64,000 bases of DNA from Vicinamibacteria bacterium. Lineage in GTDB: Bacteria; Acidobacteriota; Vicinamibacteria; Vicinamibacterales; JAENWD01. The notes under the pieces were generated by a model, which saw nothing but the letters and a program-made list of their open reading frames with translations, was not told the origin of the DNA and made no database searches. Below are positions 1 to 9,872 of this stretch, piece by piece; position 1 is the first letter of the stretch, and each line of letters opens with the position of its first letter. The stretch lies in contig CAWIMD010000002.1 in the NCBI GenBank assembly GCA_963837165.1, forward strand, positions 1,031,029 to 1,095,028. Direction: 5' to 3'. The translations under genes and the position numbers were made by a program.

Positions 1-1
1 C

Positions 2-322
2 GCGGCGGCGGTCGTCCCGGTGTCCGGCGGCCGCTGGCACCCGCTGTGCGCGATGTACCGCGCGAGCGGAGCCGACTCCCTGGCCGCGGCGCTGGATCGC
101 GGCGAGCGCACCGTGCGCGCCGCCGTCGCCGCCCTGGGCCCGCGCCTGCTGGCCGAGTCCGAGCTCGCGCCGTTCGATCCGCTCGGATACCTGTTCGCGA
201 ATCTCAACACGCCGGATGATCTGGCGCGCTGGGGCGCCACGATTCCGGACGCCTCCGCCGCGGAACACGGTCGCGGCGGGAATCGGTACTGCACCGATCG
301 GGTCGAGTCAAACCACGAGACG
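2..322 (+). CDS. MobA-like molybdenum cofactor guanylyltransferase, C-terminal fragment (5' end outside window)
   Basis: Frame of ORF 20..2317 reads ...WHPLCAMYRAS...LFANLNTPDDLARW, a typical MobA C-terminus. There is no in-frame stop before the argS ATG, so the true end is unresolved. Confidence 0.5.
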
Positions 323-2317
323 ATGATCCTTCCCGTTCACGATCACCTGCGCACGCGGCTCTCGGCGCTGCTGTCGGAGCGCTATGGCCTCGCGCCCGCC
401 GATCAGCCGGCGATTGCGATCGACTACCCGCCGAACCGCGCCCTGGGAGACCTGGCCCTCCCCGTCGCGTTCGAGCTGGCCCGCCGGCTCCGGAAGGCGC
501 CAAAGGTCATCGCCCGGGAACTGGCCGAGAGCTTCGGCGCGGTGGACGGCGTCGCAGGGGTGGAGGCGACGCCGACCGGCTATCTGAACTGCTTCCTGGA
601 TCGCCCCGCGTTCCTGCTCGAACGCGTCGACGGGCGGCTGCCCGCCGCGCGCGCGGCCGCCGATGCGGGCAAGACCATTGTCGAGCACACGGCCATCAAC
701 CCGAACAAGGCGGCTCACATCGGACACCTCCGCAACGCGGCGCTCGGCGACACGCTGGTGCGCGTCCTGCGCTTCCGGGGGGTGCCCGTCGAGGTGCAGA
801 ATTACATCGACGACACCGGTGTCCAGGTCGCCGACGTCGTCGTCGGCTTCCGGACGCTCGAGGGGAAGGACCTCGACACGGTCCGTCGTCTGGCCGCCGA
901 GCCGCGCTTCGACGTTTACTGCTGGGACCTCTACGCGAAGGTCACCGAGTGGTACGAGGAGGACAAGGCGCGGCTCGAGGTGCGTCTCCAGGCCCTGCAC
1001 GAGATCGAGCACGGCGACAACACGACCGCGGAGATGGGCGCGGTGGTGGCCGACGCGATCGTCCGGCGGCATCTGGTGACCATGGGCCGGCTGGGCATCG
1101 GTTACGACCTGCTCACGTGGGAGGGCGACATCCTCCGTCTCAAGTTCTGGGCGCGCGCCTTCGAGATCCTGAAGCGCGCCGGCACCGTGTACTTCCAGAC
1201 CGAGGGCCGCCTGAAGGGCTGCTGGGTCATGGCCATCGACGAGGCGGGCTCCGAGGGCGCGACGCCGGCGGGCGACGACGACGAGGAGCGCGAGAAGGTC
1301 ATCGTGCGGTCGAACGGCACGGTCACCTACGTCGGCAAGGACATCGCCTATCAGTTCTGGAAGTTCGGCCTGCTCGGCCTCGACTTCCGCTATCGCCCCT
1401 TCGTCCGCCGCGACGACGGGCCGACACTGTGGGCGACGACGACGGGCGAGGACACCGCCGGACACCCGACATTCGGCGGGGCGTCCACCACCTACAACGT
1501 GATCGACGTGCGGCAGTCGTACCTGCAGAAACTCCTCAAGCAGGCCCTGGCGGCCATGGGGCACACCGCAGAGGCCGAGCGGTCCGTGCATTTCTCGTAC
1601 GAGATGGTCGCCCTCTCCCACCAGACGGCGCGAGAACTGGGCTACGAGACGACCGACGAGGACAGCCGCAAGCCGTTCGTCGAGGTCTCTGGCCGGAAAG
1701 GCCTCGGCGTCAAGGCCGACGACCTGATCGACCTGCTCGAGCGGACGGCGTCGAGTGAGGTCGCCAGGCGGAATCCCGACCTCGACGCGGAGGCGATCGC
1801 GCGGATCGGCAGCCAGATTGCCGTGGCGGCCGTGCGCTACTTCATGATCAAGTACTCGCGCGGCAAGGTCATCGCGTTCGACATCGGGGAGGCGCTGAGC
1901 TTCGAGGGCGAGAGCGGCCCGTATCTGCAGTACGCGGTCGTGCGCGCGAACAACATCTTCTCGAAGCTGAAGGAGCGGCTGGGCCTGGACGAGGCCGCCG
2001 TGCTCGCGGCGGCCGCCTCGGCGCCTGCCGACGCCCTGAGCGGCGCCGAGGGCGACGACATGTGGGGCCTGGTGCTCGAGGCGGCGCGCCTCGACGAGAT
2101 CGTCGAGCAGGTGGTACGCTCCCTCGAGTTCTCGGTGCTGGCCAAGCACGCGTTTGGCCTCGCGCAGGCGTTCAATGGCTTCTACCACCGGGCGTCGATC
2201 CTGAACGAGGAGCGCGACGACGTCCGCACCTGGCGCGCGGCGGCCGTCGCGTATGTGCGCCTGCAGCTGACGCGCGCCCTGGACCTGATGGGCATCGCCG
2301 TGCCCGTCCGCATGTAA
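323..2317 (+). CDS. argS: Arginine--tRNA ligase
   Basis: ATG at 323. N-terminal Arg-tRNA synthetase domain, class I HIGH-type motif (NPNKAAHIGHLRNAALGD) and C-terminal anticodon-binding domain. TAA at 2315-2317. Confidence 0.9.
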   Translation: MILPVHDHLRTRLSALLSERYGLAPADQPAIAIDYPPNRALGDLALPVAFELARRLRKAPKVIARELAESFGAVDGVAGVEATPTGYLNCFLDRPAFLLERVDGRLPAARAAADAGKTIVEHTAINPNKAAHIGHLRNAALGDTLVRVLRFRGVPVEVQNYIDDTGVQVADVVVGFRTLEGKDLDTVRRLAAEPRFDVYCWDLYAKVTEWYEEDKARLEVRLQALHEIEHGDNTTAEMGAVVADAIVRRHLVTMGRLGIGYDLLTWEGDILRLKFWARAFEILKRAGTVYFQTEGRLKGCWVMAIDEAGSEGATPAGDDDEEREKVIVRSNGTVTYVGKDIAYQFWKFGLLGLDFRYRPFVRRDDGPTLWATTTGEDTAGHPTFGGASTTYNVIDVRQSYLQKLLKQALAAMGHTAEAERSVHFSYEMVALSHQTARELGYETTDEDSRKPFVEVSGRKGLGVKADDLIDLLERTASSEVARRNPDLDAEAIARIGSQIAVAAVRYFMIKYSRGKVIAFDIGEALSFEGESGPYLQYAVVRANNIFSKLKERLGLDEAAVLAAAASAPADALSGAEGDDMWGLVLEAARLDEIVEQVVRSLEFSVLAKHAFGLAQAFNGFYHRASILNEERDDVRTWRAAAVAYVRLQLTRALDLMGIAVPVRM

Positions 2318-2322
2318 CCGCC

Positions 2323-3021
2323 ATGAGACGCATCGGCATCACCCCCTGTCGCTCCGTCGCCGATTACGTGACCGCCGTACGGGACGCCGGCGCCCGGGCC
2401 ATCGTCCTCGACCTGACACTGCCGGCGCCGGATCTGCTCACGCCGATCGACGGGCTGGTGCTGACCGGCGGCGGCGATGTCGACCCGTCCTACTACGGCG
2501 AGTCGACGCACCCCACCTATCACGCCGCCGAGTCTGGCCGCGACGCGGCGGAGCTCGCGCTGGCGCGCGCCGCGATCGCGGCACGCCTGCCGCTGCTCGC
2601 GATCTGCCGCGGCGTCCAGGTGCTGAACGTCGCCGCCGGCGGGTCCCTCGTGCAGGACATCCCCAGCCAGGTACCCGCGGCCCTCGACCACCAGGTGAAG
2701 AACCCGACCACCGCCATCGCGCACGACGTGCGCATCGAGCCGGGGACAGTGACGGCGCGGCTGCTGGCCGGCCGCTCTCGCGACGGGCGGCTTCCCGTCA
2801 ACAGCCGGCACCACCAGGCGGTGGCGCGCACCGCTCCCGGGTTCCGGGTCACCGCAACGGCTGCCGACGGGGTCATCGAGGCGATCGAGGCGCCGGAACA
2901 GCCCTTCTGCGTGGGCGTGCAATGGCACCCCGAGAACTTTCACGAGACGGGCGAGTTCCGTGGGCTGTTCGAGGGACTGGTCGCGGCCGCCACGCGGGAG
3001 CGCGAGGCCTGGCCCGGCTAG
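2323..3021 (+). CDS. Class I glutamine amidotransferase / gamma-glutamyl-GABA hydrolase-like (peptidase C26)
   Basis: ATG 2323, 5 nt after the argS stop. Motifs LVLTGGGDVDP, LLAICRGVQVLN (nucleophile Cys), NSRHHQAV and VQWHPE. Confidence 0.8.
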   Translation: MRRIGITPCRSVADYVTAVRDAGARAIVLDLTLPAPDLLTPIDGLVLTGGGDVDPSYYGESTHPTYHAAESGRDAAELALARAAIAARLPLLAICRGVQVLNVAAGGSLVQDIPSQVPAALDHQVKNPTTAIAHDVRIEPGTVTARLLAGRSRDGRLPVNSRHHQAVARTAPGFRVTATAADGVIEAIEAPEQPFCVGVQWHPENFHETGEFRGLFEGLVAAATREREAWPG

Positions 3022-4154
3022 CGCAGCAGCTGCCCCATGGCGCCACCGGCGTAGCCGGTCATCTCCAGGTAGCCGCGGCCCGCAATCGGGCGGCCGGCGC
3101 GCGTGCCCTTCACGTCGATGGCGCCCTCCCAGTACGTGACGCCCGTTCGCTGACCGATCAGCTCCTGCGCGTCAACGACCGGCGTGACCGACAAATCCAG
3201 CTGCTCGCCCGGCGCCCGTACCTGCCATTCGACCGGATAGGTGCCGCCGCTGCCCGGCGACGTCCAGCGCCGTCCCGGCGTGAGGGTGAAGTCACCGGCG
3301 GCGAGGTGGCGCGGCGCTCCTGACGAGGACACCAGCGTGCCGCTCGACTGCGGGGCCGCCGTGCCATCCTTCCCCCGCAGCTCGAACATCATCACGTCGG
3401 TGCCATCCGCGAGCTGGAGGGAGAACCAGTCCCATCCCTGCTGTGTCGGCTCGAGGAACGTGGTCCCGAACTCGTGGTCCATCCAGCTGAGGCCGCGGAC
3501 CCGGTAGCGTTCGCCGTCCAGGGTGATCGCCCCTTCGGTGGGCATCCGGGTGAGCGAGTAGTACTCCGATGCGTTGCCCGCCGTCGCGCCCTTCTGGCTG
3601 TATCCGTGGTCGCCATGGAGCACCGCGGGCCGATCCTCGGAAAGGGCCAGGTCGATGACGAAGTGCGGATCGCGCGCCTGCAGCCGGTGCGTGCCGTACT
3701 CGAGCCGGACCTCCCAGTCCTCGTTCCACACCCGGTAATCGAACATCGACGCGCCGGCCGTTCCGACGCCGGCGCGGTTCACGCGCTCGGCGAACAGGTG
3801 CCGCCGGTTCTCGACATCGGTGACGGCCACGTGGGCCACGTACAGGTCGCGCACGGCAAACGTGGACGGGTTCTTCGGAGCACGGTCCACGCCGACCCGG
3901 AAGAACGTCACCTGGTAGCCGAACCGCCGCCCCGTGTCCGTGTCCACATTGCCGGTGTAGTACCACCACTCGAGCTTGTAGGCCGGGTGGCTCACGTGGT
4001 CACGTGGCACCGACAACGGATAGTCGCGGGACGCCTGCTTCCAGTCCTGCCCGGTCGGGCCGGCGGCGCCGGGCGAGCCCGCCGCAGTCAGCAGCGCCAG
4101 CGCGGCCACGGCCCACCCCATCGACCGCGGCATCCGGTGTTGCATCGCCGTCAC
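3018..4154 (-). CDS. AttH/CrtC-like (hydroxyneurosporene-synthase-like lipocalin fold) secreted protein
   Basis: Signal peptide followed by HPAYKLEWWYYTGNV...GYQVTFFR, typical of the CrtC/AttH family. GTG 4154 overlaps the permease stop (GTGA). Downstream starts are possible. Confidence 0.7.
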   Translation of the reverse strand: MTAMQHRMPRSMGWAVAALALLTAAGSPGAAGPTGQDWKQASRDYPLSVPRDHVSHPAYKLEWWYYTGNVDTDTGRRFGYQVTFFRVGVDRAPKNPSTFAVRDLYVAHVAVTDVENRRHLFAERVNRAGVGTAGASMFDYRVWNEDWEVRLEYGTHRLQARDPHFVIDLALSEDRPAVLHGDHGYSQKGATAGNASEYYSLTRMPTEGAITLDGERYRVRGLSWMDHEFGTTFLEPTQQGWDWFSLQLADGTDVMMFELRGKDGTAAPQSSGTLVSSSGAPRHLAAGDFTLTPGRRWTSPGSGGTYPVEWQVRAPGEQLDLSVTPVVDAQELIGQRTGVTYWEGAIDVKGTRAGRPIAGRGYLEMTGYAGGAMGQLLR

Positions 4155-6727
4155 TCCCCGGCCGGGAATCCGCCCGTCTCGAGCCGCGCAATCAGCCGCG
4201 CGGGAACCGCGCCCGCCAGCATCGTCGTGACCAGCAGCAGCGCCGCGGCCTGCACGAGAAAGGCTATCGGCACGTGGAACTGGATCGTCCAGCCGAAGCT
4301 CTGGACGTTGATCACGTAGATGAGGATCAGCGACAGGACCAGGCCGGCGGCGAGCCCCAGCGCCTGCCCGGCGAGGCCGAGCAGCCCCGACTCGATGACG
4401 ATCATCCTGCGCATCTGCGCGGGCCCGGCGCCGACGAGCCGCAGCAGGATCAGCTCGTCGCGGCGCTCGATCACCAGCGTGAGCAGCGTGGCCGTGATCC
4501 CGAGCAGCGCCACGATGATTGCGATGGCCTCGAGCCCGTAGGTGATGGCAAACGTGGCATCGAAGATGCGGAGGACCTCGGCACGCAGCGAGGCGTTCGT
4601 GTGGATGAACACACGGTGGGTCGGGCCGAGCTCGGCGAGCAGCCGGTCGCGGACACGTCCGGAGTCACGCCCGGGCCGCAGATAAACGCTCAGGCTCGTG
4701 GGACGCAGATCCCCGAAGTACCGGGTGAACGTGGACCGGTCCATCGCGACGATGCCGCGGTCGGTCGAGTAGTCGAAGTAAACGGCGGCCACGCGGAACG
4801 AGCGCACGCCGGAGGGCGTCGGGATCGAGATGCGCTGGCCGACCCCTGCATGAAAGCGCAGCGCGAAGCTCTCGGACACCACCACGGCGTCCCGGCCGAC
4901 GGCGTGCCGCATGGCCTCGCGGGCGTCGGCCGGGGCCTTGAAGACAAGCGTGCCGTGCGCGAGCAGCACCGGGAAGTCGCCGGCGCCGAGGACGATCAGG
5001 CGGTCCTCGTAGGGCAGGGTGAGACTCCGGAATCGACCCACTGATTCGACGTCCGGATCGCGCGCGATCGCCTGCTCCAGCGAGGCGGAGATGGTGGGCT
5101 GCTCGTCGAGGTTCGAGCGGCGCCCGGTCGCCACGAACAGATCCGCCTGGAGCGTCTGCGACACCCAGTAGATCACCGTCTCCCGGAAGCTGCCGATCAG
5201 GATGGCGACCGCCACGAGCATGCCGAGGCTGACCGACAGCGCGGCCACCGAAACGGACAGCCGCGGGATGGCGCCGGCGAGGTTGGACACCGCCAGCCGC
5301 GCCTCGACGCCGAGCAGCCGGCCTGCCGGCGACGACAGGCGCCCGAGCAGGAAGAGCACGGTCGGCGACAGCAGCGCGATGCCGAAGACGACGAGCAGCG
5401 CGGCGCCGAAGCCGGCGACCGGGAGGCCGTGAATCGGTCCGGCCGTCGATGCCCAGGCGGCGGCCGCCAGGCACCCGCCGGCCGCGACCAGCCCCGCCGG
5501 ACGCGGACGCTGCCGGGCCGCGACGCGGCTGGCCTGCCGGATGGCGTCGAGGGGGCTCACGCCCGCCGCCTCGAGTGCTGGCGCGGCCGCCGCGGCCAGC
5601 GAGAGCGGGATTCCTATCGCGAAGGCTCCCAGCACCTGCCACCATCCGAGCGCGGGCGTTCCTGCCGCCTCGGCCACGTACAACGTCGTCACCGTGGCCG
5701 AGGTCAGGCCGACCACGCCTCGCGCGATCCCCCAGCCGAACCCCACGCCGAGAGCGCATCCCGCGAGCGCCAACGTGAAAGCCTCGGCGAGGAAGAGGAG
5801 GAGCACCGTGCGCCGTCGGGTGCCCAGGGCCCGAAGCATCCCAATCTCCGCGCGTCGCGAGATGACGGAGGTGGCGACCGTGTTGTAGACCAGGAACAGC
5901 CCGACCAGGAGCGCCACCGACGAGAGCGCCGCCAGGTTGAACTGGAAGGCGGCGAGCATCTTCTCGACCTGCGCACCACGCCGGGCGGGCCGCTGCACCT
6001 GCAGCCCCGGTGGCAGCCGGCCGGCGATGTCCCGTTCGGCCTGGTCCAGCCTGGAGGGCTCGTCCAGCCGCACGTCCACGCGATCCACGCGGCCGAGCCG
6101 ATCGAAGGCGAGCTGCGCGGCCGCCAGGTCCATGAGCACGAAGTTGCCATCGAGCACCTTCGCGGGCCCCTCGTCGGCGAGCCGCGCACGGATCTCGAAG
6201 CGCTCCACGCGGTCGCCAATCGCCAGTTCCAGCACACTGCCCGTGGACAGACCGTGGCGCCTGGCGAAGACCTCAGGAACGACGATCGCGTGCGGGTCCA
6301 CGAGCAGGCCGAGCAGCGACTGCGCGGACGGCCGGCGGTCCCGTACGCCGTCAGTGATCCGGTACTCGCGGATTGGCTGATCGACCAGGACGTCCACGCC
6401 GAGCACCCGGACCGCCTCGCGATCCGTCGGGCCGAAGAGCGCCAGGGCATCCCCTTCGATCACCGGGCTGACGCGTCCCCAGCGGCGGAGCCATCCGAGC
6501 GTGGCCAGCGCGGTCTCGCTGACGCCGACGCCGGGACCGACCACTTCGAGCGACGTCTTCCCCGCCACGGCGTCCAGCGCCGCCCGGAACCCGCCGAGGG
6601 CGCTGCTGTTGGCGAGCTGCACCGCGAGCACCACGCCCACGCCGAGGGCAATCCCGACGACGGTGAGTCCGGTGCGCAGCGGTTCCTGACGGAGCCGCCG
6701 CAGGATGAACCACCTAAAGAGCGCCAT
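4151..6727 (-). CDS. ABC transporter permease with two FtsX-type modules (YbbP/MacB-like)
   Basis: 858-aa ORF containing two 4-TM FtsX-like modules, each preceded by a large extracytoplasmic domain. ATG 6727 overlaps the ATPase gene end. Confidence 0.85.
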   Translation of the reverse strand: MALFRWFILRRLRQEPLRTGLTVVGIALGVGVVLAVQLANSSALGGFRAALDAVAGKTSLEVVGPGVGVSETALATLGWLRRWGRVSPVIEGDALALFGPTDREAVRVLGVDVLVDQPIREYRITDGVRDRRPSAQSLLGLLVDPHAIVVPEVFARRHGLSTGSVLELAIGDRVERFEIRARLADEGPAKVLDGNFVLMDLAAAQLAFDRLGRVDRVDVRLDEPSRLDQAERDIAGRLPPGLQVQRPARRGAQVEKMLAAFQFNLAALSSVALLVGLFLVYNTVATSVISRRAEIGMLRALGTRRRTVLLLFLAEAFTLALAGCALGVGFGWGIARGVVGLTSATVTTLYVAEAAGTPALGWWQVLGAFAIGIPLSLAAAAAPALEAAGVSPLDAIRQASRVAARQRPRPAGLVAAGGCLAAAAWASTAGPIHGLPVAGFGAALLVVFGIALLSPTVLFLLGRLSSPAGRLLGVEARLAVSNLAGAIPRLSVSVAALSVSLGMLVAVAILIGSFRETVIYWVSQTLQADLFVATGRRSNLDEQPTISASLEQAIARDPDVESVGRFRSLTLPYEDRLIVLGAGDFPVLLAHGTLVFKAPADAREAMRHAVGRDAVVVSESFALRFHAGVGQRISIPTPSGVRSFRVAAVYFDYSTDRGIVAMDRSTFTRYFGDLRPTSLSVYLRPGRDSGRVRDRLLAELGPTHRVFIHTNASLRAEVLRIFDATFAITYGLEAIAIIVALLGITATLLTLVIERRDELILLRLVGAGPAQMRRMIVIESGLLGLAGQALGLAAGLVLSLILIYVINVQSFGWTIQFHVPIAFLVQAAALLLVTTMLAGAVPARLIARLETGGFPAGE

Positions 6728-7430
6728 CAGGCTCCCGGGGGACCCGGCGCGCCTCGACGCGCTCGACGCGGCCGTCTCTGAGCGACACCACCCGATCGGC
6801 GGCCGCGGCCACGTCGGCCGCGTGGGTGGCGAGCAGCAAGGTCACCCCGGAATCCCGGTTCAGCTCGCCCAGCAGCGCCAGCACCTGACTGCCGTTCTCC
6901 GAATCGAGGTTGCCCGTGGGCTCGTCGGCGATGACGAGCGCCGGGCGGTGCGCCAGCGCGCGCGCGATCGTACCGCGCTGCTGCTCTCCGCCGGAGAGCT
7001 GTGACGGGTAGTGCGACATCCGCTGGTCGAGCCCGACACGTCCGGCAAGGGCACGCGCCGCGTCGAACGAGGCGCGGTCCCCACCCCCGCCGAGCAGCAG
7101 CGGCAGGGCGATGTTCTCCAACAGCGTGAGCGTGGGAAGCAGGTTGAAGGACTGGAAGACGAACCCGATCCTGGTGCGGCGGAGCCGCGTCAGCGCTTCC
7201 TCGTCCAGGCTGGCGAGATCGACGCCTTCGAGCTGCAGGCGCCCTGACGACGGCCGGTCCATGCCGCCGCAGAGGTGCAGCAGCGTGGACTTCCCGCAGC
7301 CGGACGGTCCGACGACCGCCACGAACTCGCCGGGGGCAAGCTCCAGGCTGATGTCGGCCACCGCATCGACGGTGGACTGGCCGGTCTGGTAGGTGCGGCG
7401 GAGGTGCTGGGCGACGAGGAGGCGGTTCAA
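6714..7430 (-). CDS. ABC transporter ATP-binding protein (YbbA/LolD-like)
   Basis: Walker [11 protein letters not shown]-loop, signature LSGGEQQR and Walker [10 protein letters not shown] chose TTG 7430 as the start; the longer ORF 6714..7880 is non-homologous read-through. Confidence 0.88.
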   Translation of the reverse strand: MNRLLVAQHLRRTYQTGQSTVDAVADISLELAPGEFVAVVGPSGCGKSTLLHLCGGMDRPSSGRLQLEGVDLASLDEEALTRLRRTRIGFVFQSFNLLPTLTLLENIALPLLLGGGGDRASFDAARALAGRVGLDQRMSHYPSQLSGGEQQRGTIARALAHRPALVIADEPTGNLDSENGSQVLALLGELNRDSGVTLLLATHAADVAAAADRVVSLRDGRVERVEARRVPREPDGAL

Positions 7431-7438
7431 TGGCCGGG

Positions 7439-7840
7439 CTACCGTGCGGCTTCCAGCACCTCCCGGATGCGGGAGACGAGCACGGTCGGCGTGAACGGCT
7501 TCTGGAGAAAGGCGACGCCGGCGTTGACCACGCCACGGCGGACCATCGGGTGGTCGGTATACCCCGACATGTACAACACCTTCACGGCCGGGCGTCGCGC
7601 CAGCAGCGCCTCGGCCAGCTCCGGGCCGCCCATGCGCGGCATCACCACGTCGCTGAGCAGCAGATCCACGGTGCCCTCGTGCCGATCGGCCACACGAAGC
7701 GCTTCTTCGCCGTTGGCGGCCTCGAGCACCGTGTAGCCGTACTTCTCGAGGACTTCCCGGGTCAGGCTGCGGACGCCGTCCTCGTCCTCGGCGACGAGAA
7801 TCGTCTCCGACCCGCGCAGTGAGAGTGTCGTGGAGCTCAT
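7439..7840 (-). CDS. Single-domain response regulator (CheY-like receiver)
   Basis: ATG 7840. ILVAEDEDGVR...DLLLSDVVMP...LYMSGY...KPF receiver pattern with no output domain. It lies 8 nt upstream of the ABC ATPase start. Confidence 0.85.
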   Translation of the reverse strand: MSSTTLSLRGSETILVAEDEDGVRSLTREVLEKYGYTVLEAANGEEALRVADRHEGTVDLLLSDVVMPRMGGPELAEALLARRPAVKVLYMSGYTDHPMVRRGVVNAGVAFLQKPFTPTVLVSRIREVLEAAR

Positions 7841-7901
7841 CTGACGTCCGGCTGGCGCCCCAACATATACGCGCCTGCAACCGGCCGTCAATCCTGCCCG
7901 G

Positions 7902-9170
7902 CTACGGACGCGTGGCAACGAGCAGCGTCTCCACGTGCGAGGTTGCGGGAAACAGGTCGAGAAGCTCGACGGGCCCGAGCGCGAAACCGGCGTCGAGCAG
8001 GTGCCGGGCGTCGCGCGCGAGGGTCGCGACGTCGCATGAGAGATAGACGATGCGCGGTGCCCCCGAGCCGGCGAGCCGGACGGCGGCCTCGCGCGACAGC
8101 CCCGTCCGCGGCGGATCCACGAGCACGGTGGCATGGTCGAGCTTCGGATGCCGATCGAGGTAGTGCTCCACGGGCTGGGCGTGGACGGTCACCGCGTCGA
8201 TCCCGGCGGCATTGCGCTCGAGGTCGCCAGCCCCTTCCGCATCGGCCTCCACGGCCTCCACCGGCCCCCGGCCCGCGGCCGCGTGGCAGAGCCCGAACAG
8301 GCCGCAGCCGGCGTACAGATCCACGAGCGGGCCGTCGCCCACCCGGGCCAGGACGCGATCGACCAGCGTGCCAAGGAGGTGCCGGTTGCCCTGGAAGAAC
8401 GTCCGCGGGCCGCGCCCCAGCCGTACGCGGCTCCCGTCGGGCGCCTGGACGGTGTCGTGGATCGTGAGCTCGCCGCCGCTGGCCAGTACTCGTCCTCCAC
8501 GGCTCACGGCGGCTCCGGTCAGGCCCGCGACGCGCAGCAGCGCCTCCCACGGGCCTCTGGCGCGCCCGTCGGGATCGAGCTCGAGGACCACCGCCCGCTC
8601 GTCACCGGACACGTTCTCGGCGAGCTCCAGCGCCATGGCGCCCTCGACGGCATCGGCGCGCATGCTCTCCGACAGGCGGTCGATGACGAGACAGGTGTCG
8701 TCGAGGAGCTGCCCGGTGCCAGCCGGGTCGCACAGCATGTGGGTTCCCTCGCGGTAGAAGCCCAGTCGCGTCCCGCGCGCATGCAGGCGGGCGCGCATCC
8801 GGTACCCGCGCTCGGCGGAGGCGTGCACCGCCACCGGGGGCTCGATCGGGTGGCGGGCGATGCGCGCGAATGCGTCCGCCACGATCGCCTGCTTCAGCAG
8901 CAGCTGCCGCGCGTACTCGATGTGCGCGTAGTCGCTGCCACCGCAGGCCGGGTCGGCCCCCCCGGCGCGGCGGTCCGGCGAGGGCTCCTCCACCAGCTCG
9001 ACGCGCGCGAAGAGGACGCCGCCGCGCCGCTGCTCCACGCGAGCCCGCACGCGCTCGCCCGGAATGGCGCCGGCGACGAGGATCACCTGGCCGTCGTGCC
9101 GTGCGAGCATGCGGCCGCCGGCAGCGGGCTTCTCGATGGTGAGCGACAGCAGATCACCGGGACCGGCCAT
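7902..9170 (-). CDS. TRAM-domain RNA (uracil-5)-methyltransferase, RumA/RlmD/TrmA family
   Basis: N-terminal TRAM-like segment (GERVRARVEQRRGG). SAM-MTase motifs DLYAGCGLFG, VLVDPPRTG and YLSCD. Confidence 0.75.
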   Translation of the reverse strand: MAGPGDLLSLTIEKPAAGGRMLARHDGQVILVAGAIPGERVRARVEQRRGGVLFARVELVEEPSPDRRAGGADPACGGSDYAHIEYARQLLLKQAIVADAFARIARHPIEPPVAVHASAERGYRMRARLHARGTRLGFYREGTHMLCDPAGTGQLLDDTCLVIDRLSESMRADAVEGAMALELAENVSGDERAVVLELDPDGRARGPWEALLRVAGLTGAAVSRGGRVLASGGELTIHDTVQAPDGSRVRLGRGPRTFFQGNRHLLGTLVDRVLARVGDGPLVDLYAGCGLFGLCHAAAGRGPVEAVEADAEGAGDLERNAAGIDAVTVHAQPVEHYLDRHPKLDHATVLVDPPRTGLSREAAVRLAGSGAPRIVYLSCDVATLARDARHLLDAGFALGPVELLDLFPATSHVETLLVATRP

Positions 9171-9173
9171 GGT

Positions 9174-9872
9174 CTAGTGCTCGTGGCCCGCGCTCAGGTC
9201 CGGGAGGCGCAGCTTCTGCCGCAGCGCGCGATCGACCGCGGCCTCGACCGACTGATGCCAGGCGTCGGCCGCCATGCGCTCGCGAAACGGGGCGAGATCC
9301 GCGGCGGCCTGTCGGCGCAGCTCGCCCGACGACTCGGCGTCGAGCACGCCCCGTGCGGCGGCCATCAACGAGGCGTCGATCCGGGCCAGTTGTTCCAGGA
9401 GGGCCTGTCGTGCCTCCCCGCGGGCCGTGCGCGCCGCGGGCACGAGCGCGTCCAGCGCACGAACGGCATCATCCAGCGTGGCCGGCGGGAGCACGGTGCC
9501 CTCACCAGCCCGGAGCGACGTCAGGCGCGCGATTGCGCGCTCGATGCCTGCCGCGAGCGAGGGATGGCGGCGCCCCGACGCGCCCTCGTCGTCCCGATCG
9601 GCGAACACGCCCACCGCGCGGCGCCACGCATCGAACGCGTCCAGCACGTCGGCGTCGCAATGATCGATGTGCACCGGTCGTCGTCTCGGGCCGCGCGCGT
9701 AGTAGCGCTCGAAGTGCCGGTCGATCCCCTGAAAGGCGACCTTCACCGGGATCCCCTGCTCGGCCCAGCCGCGGACGCGATCGAACGAGGGCCCGACGAT
9801 GCGGATGAGGTGCCCGTCGTTCTTGCGGGTGAGATAGGCCTCGATCTCACGGCAGTACGCGTCGGGCGTCAC
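9174..9872 (-). CDS. Hypothetical protein, no family recognised
   Basis: GTG 9872 overlaps the birA stop (GTGA). Coding-like composition and translationally coupled position. No motif recognised. Confidence 0.45.
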   Translation of the reverse strand: MTPDAYCREIEAYLTRKNDGHLIRIVGPSFDRVRGWAEQGIPVKVAFQGIDRHFERYYARGPRRRPVHIDHCDADVLDAFDAWRRAVGVFADRDDEGASGRRHPSLAAGIERAIARLTSLRAGEGTVLPPATLDDAVRALDALVPAARTARGEARQALLEQLARIDASLMAAARGVLDAESSGELRRQAAADLAPFRERMAADAWHQSVEAAVDRALRQKLRLPDLSAGHEH

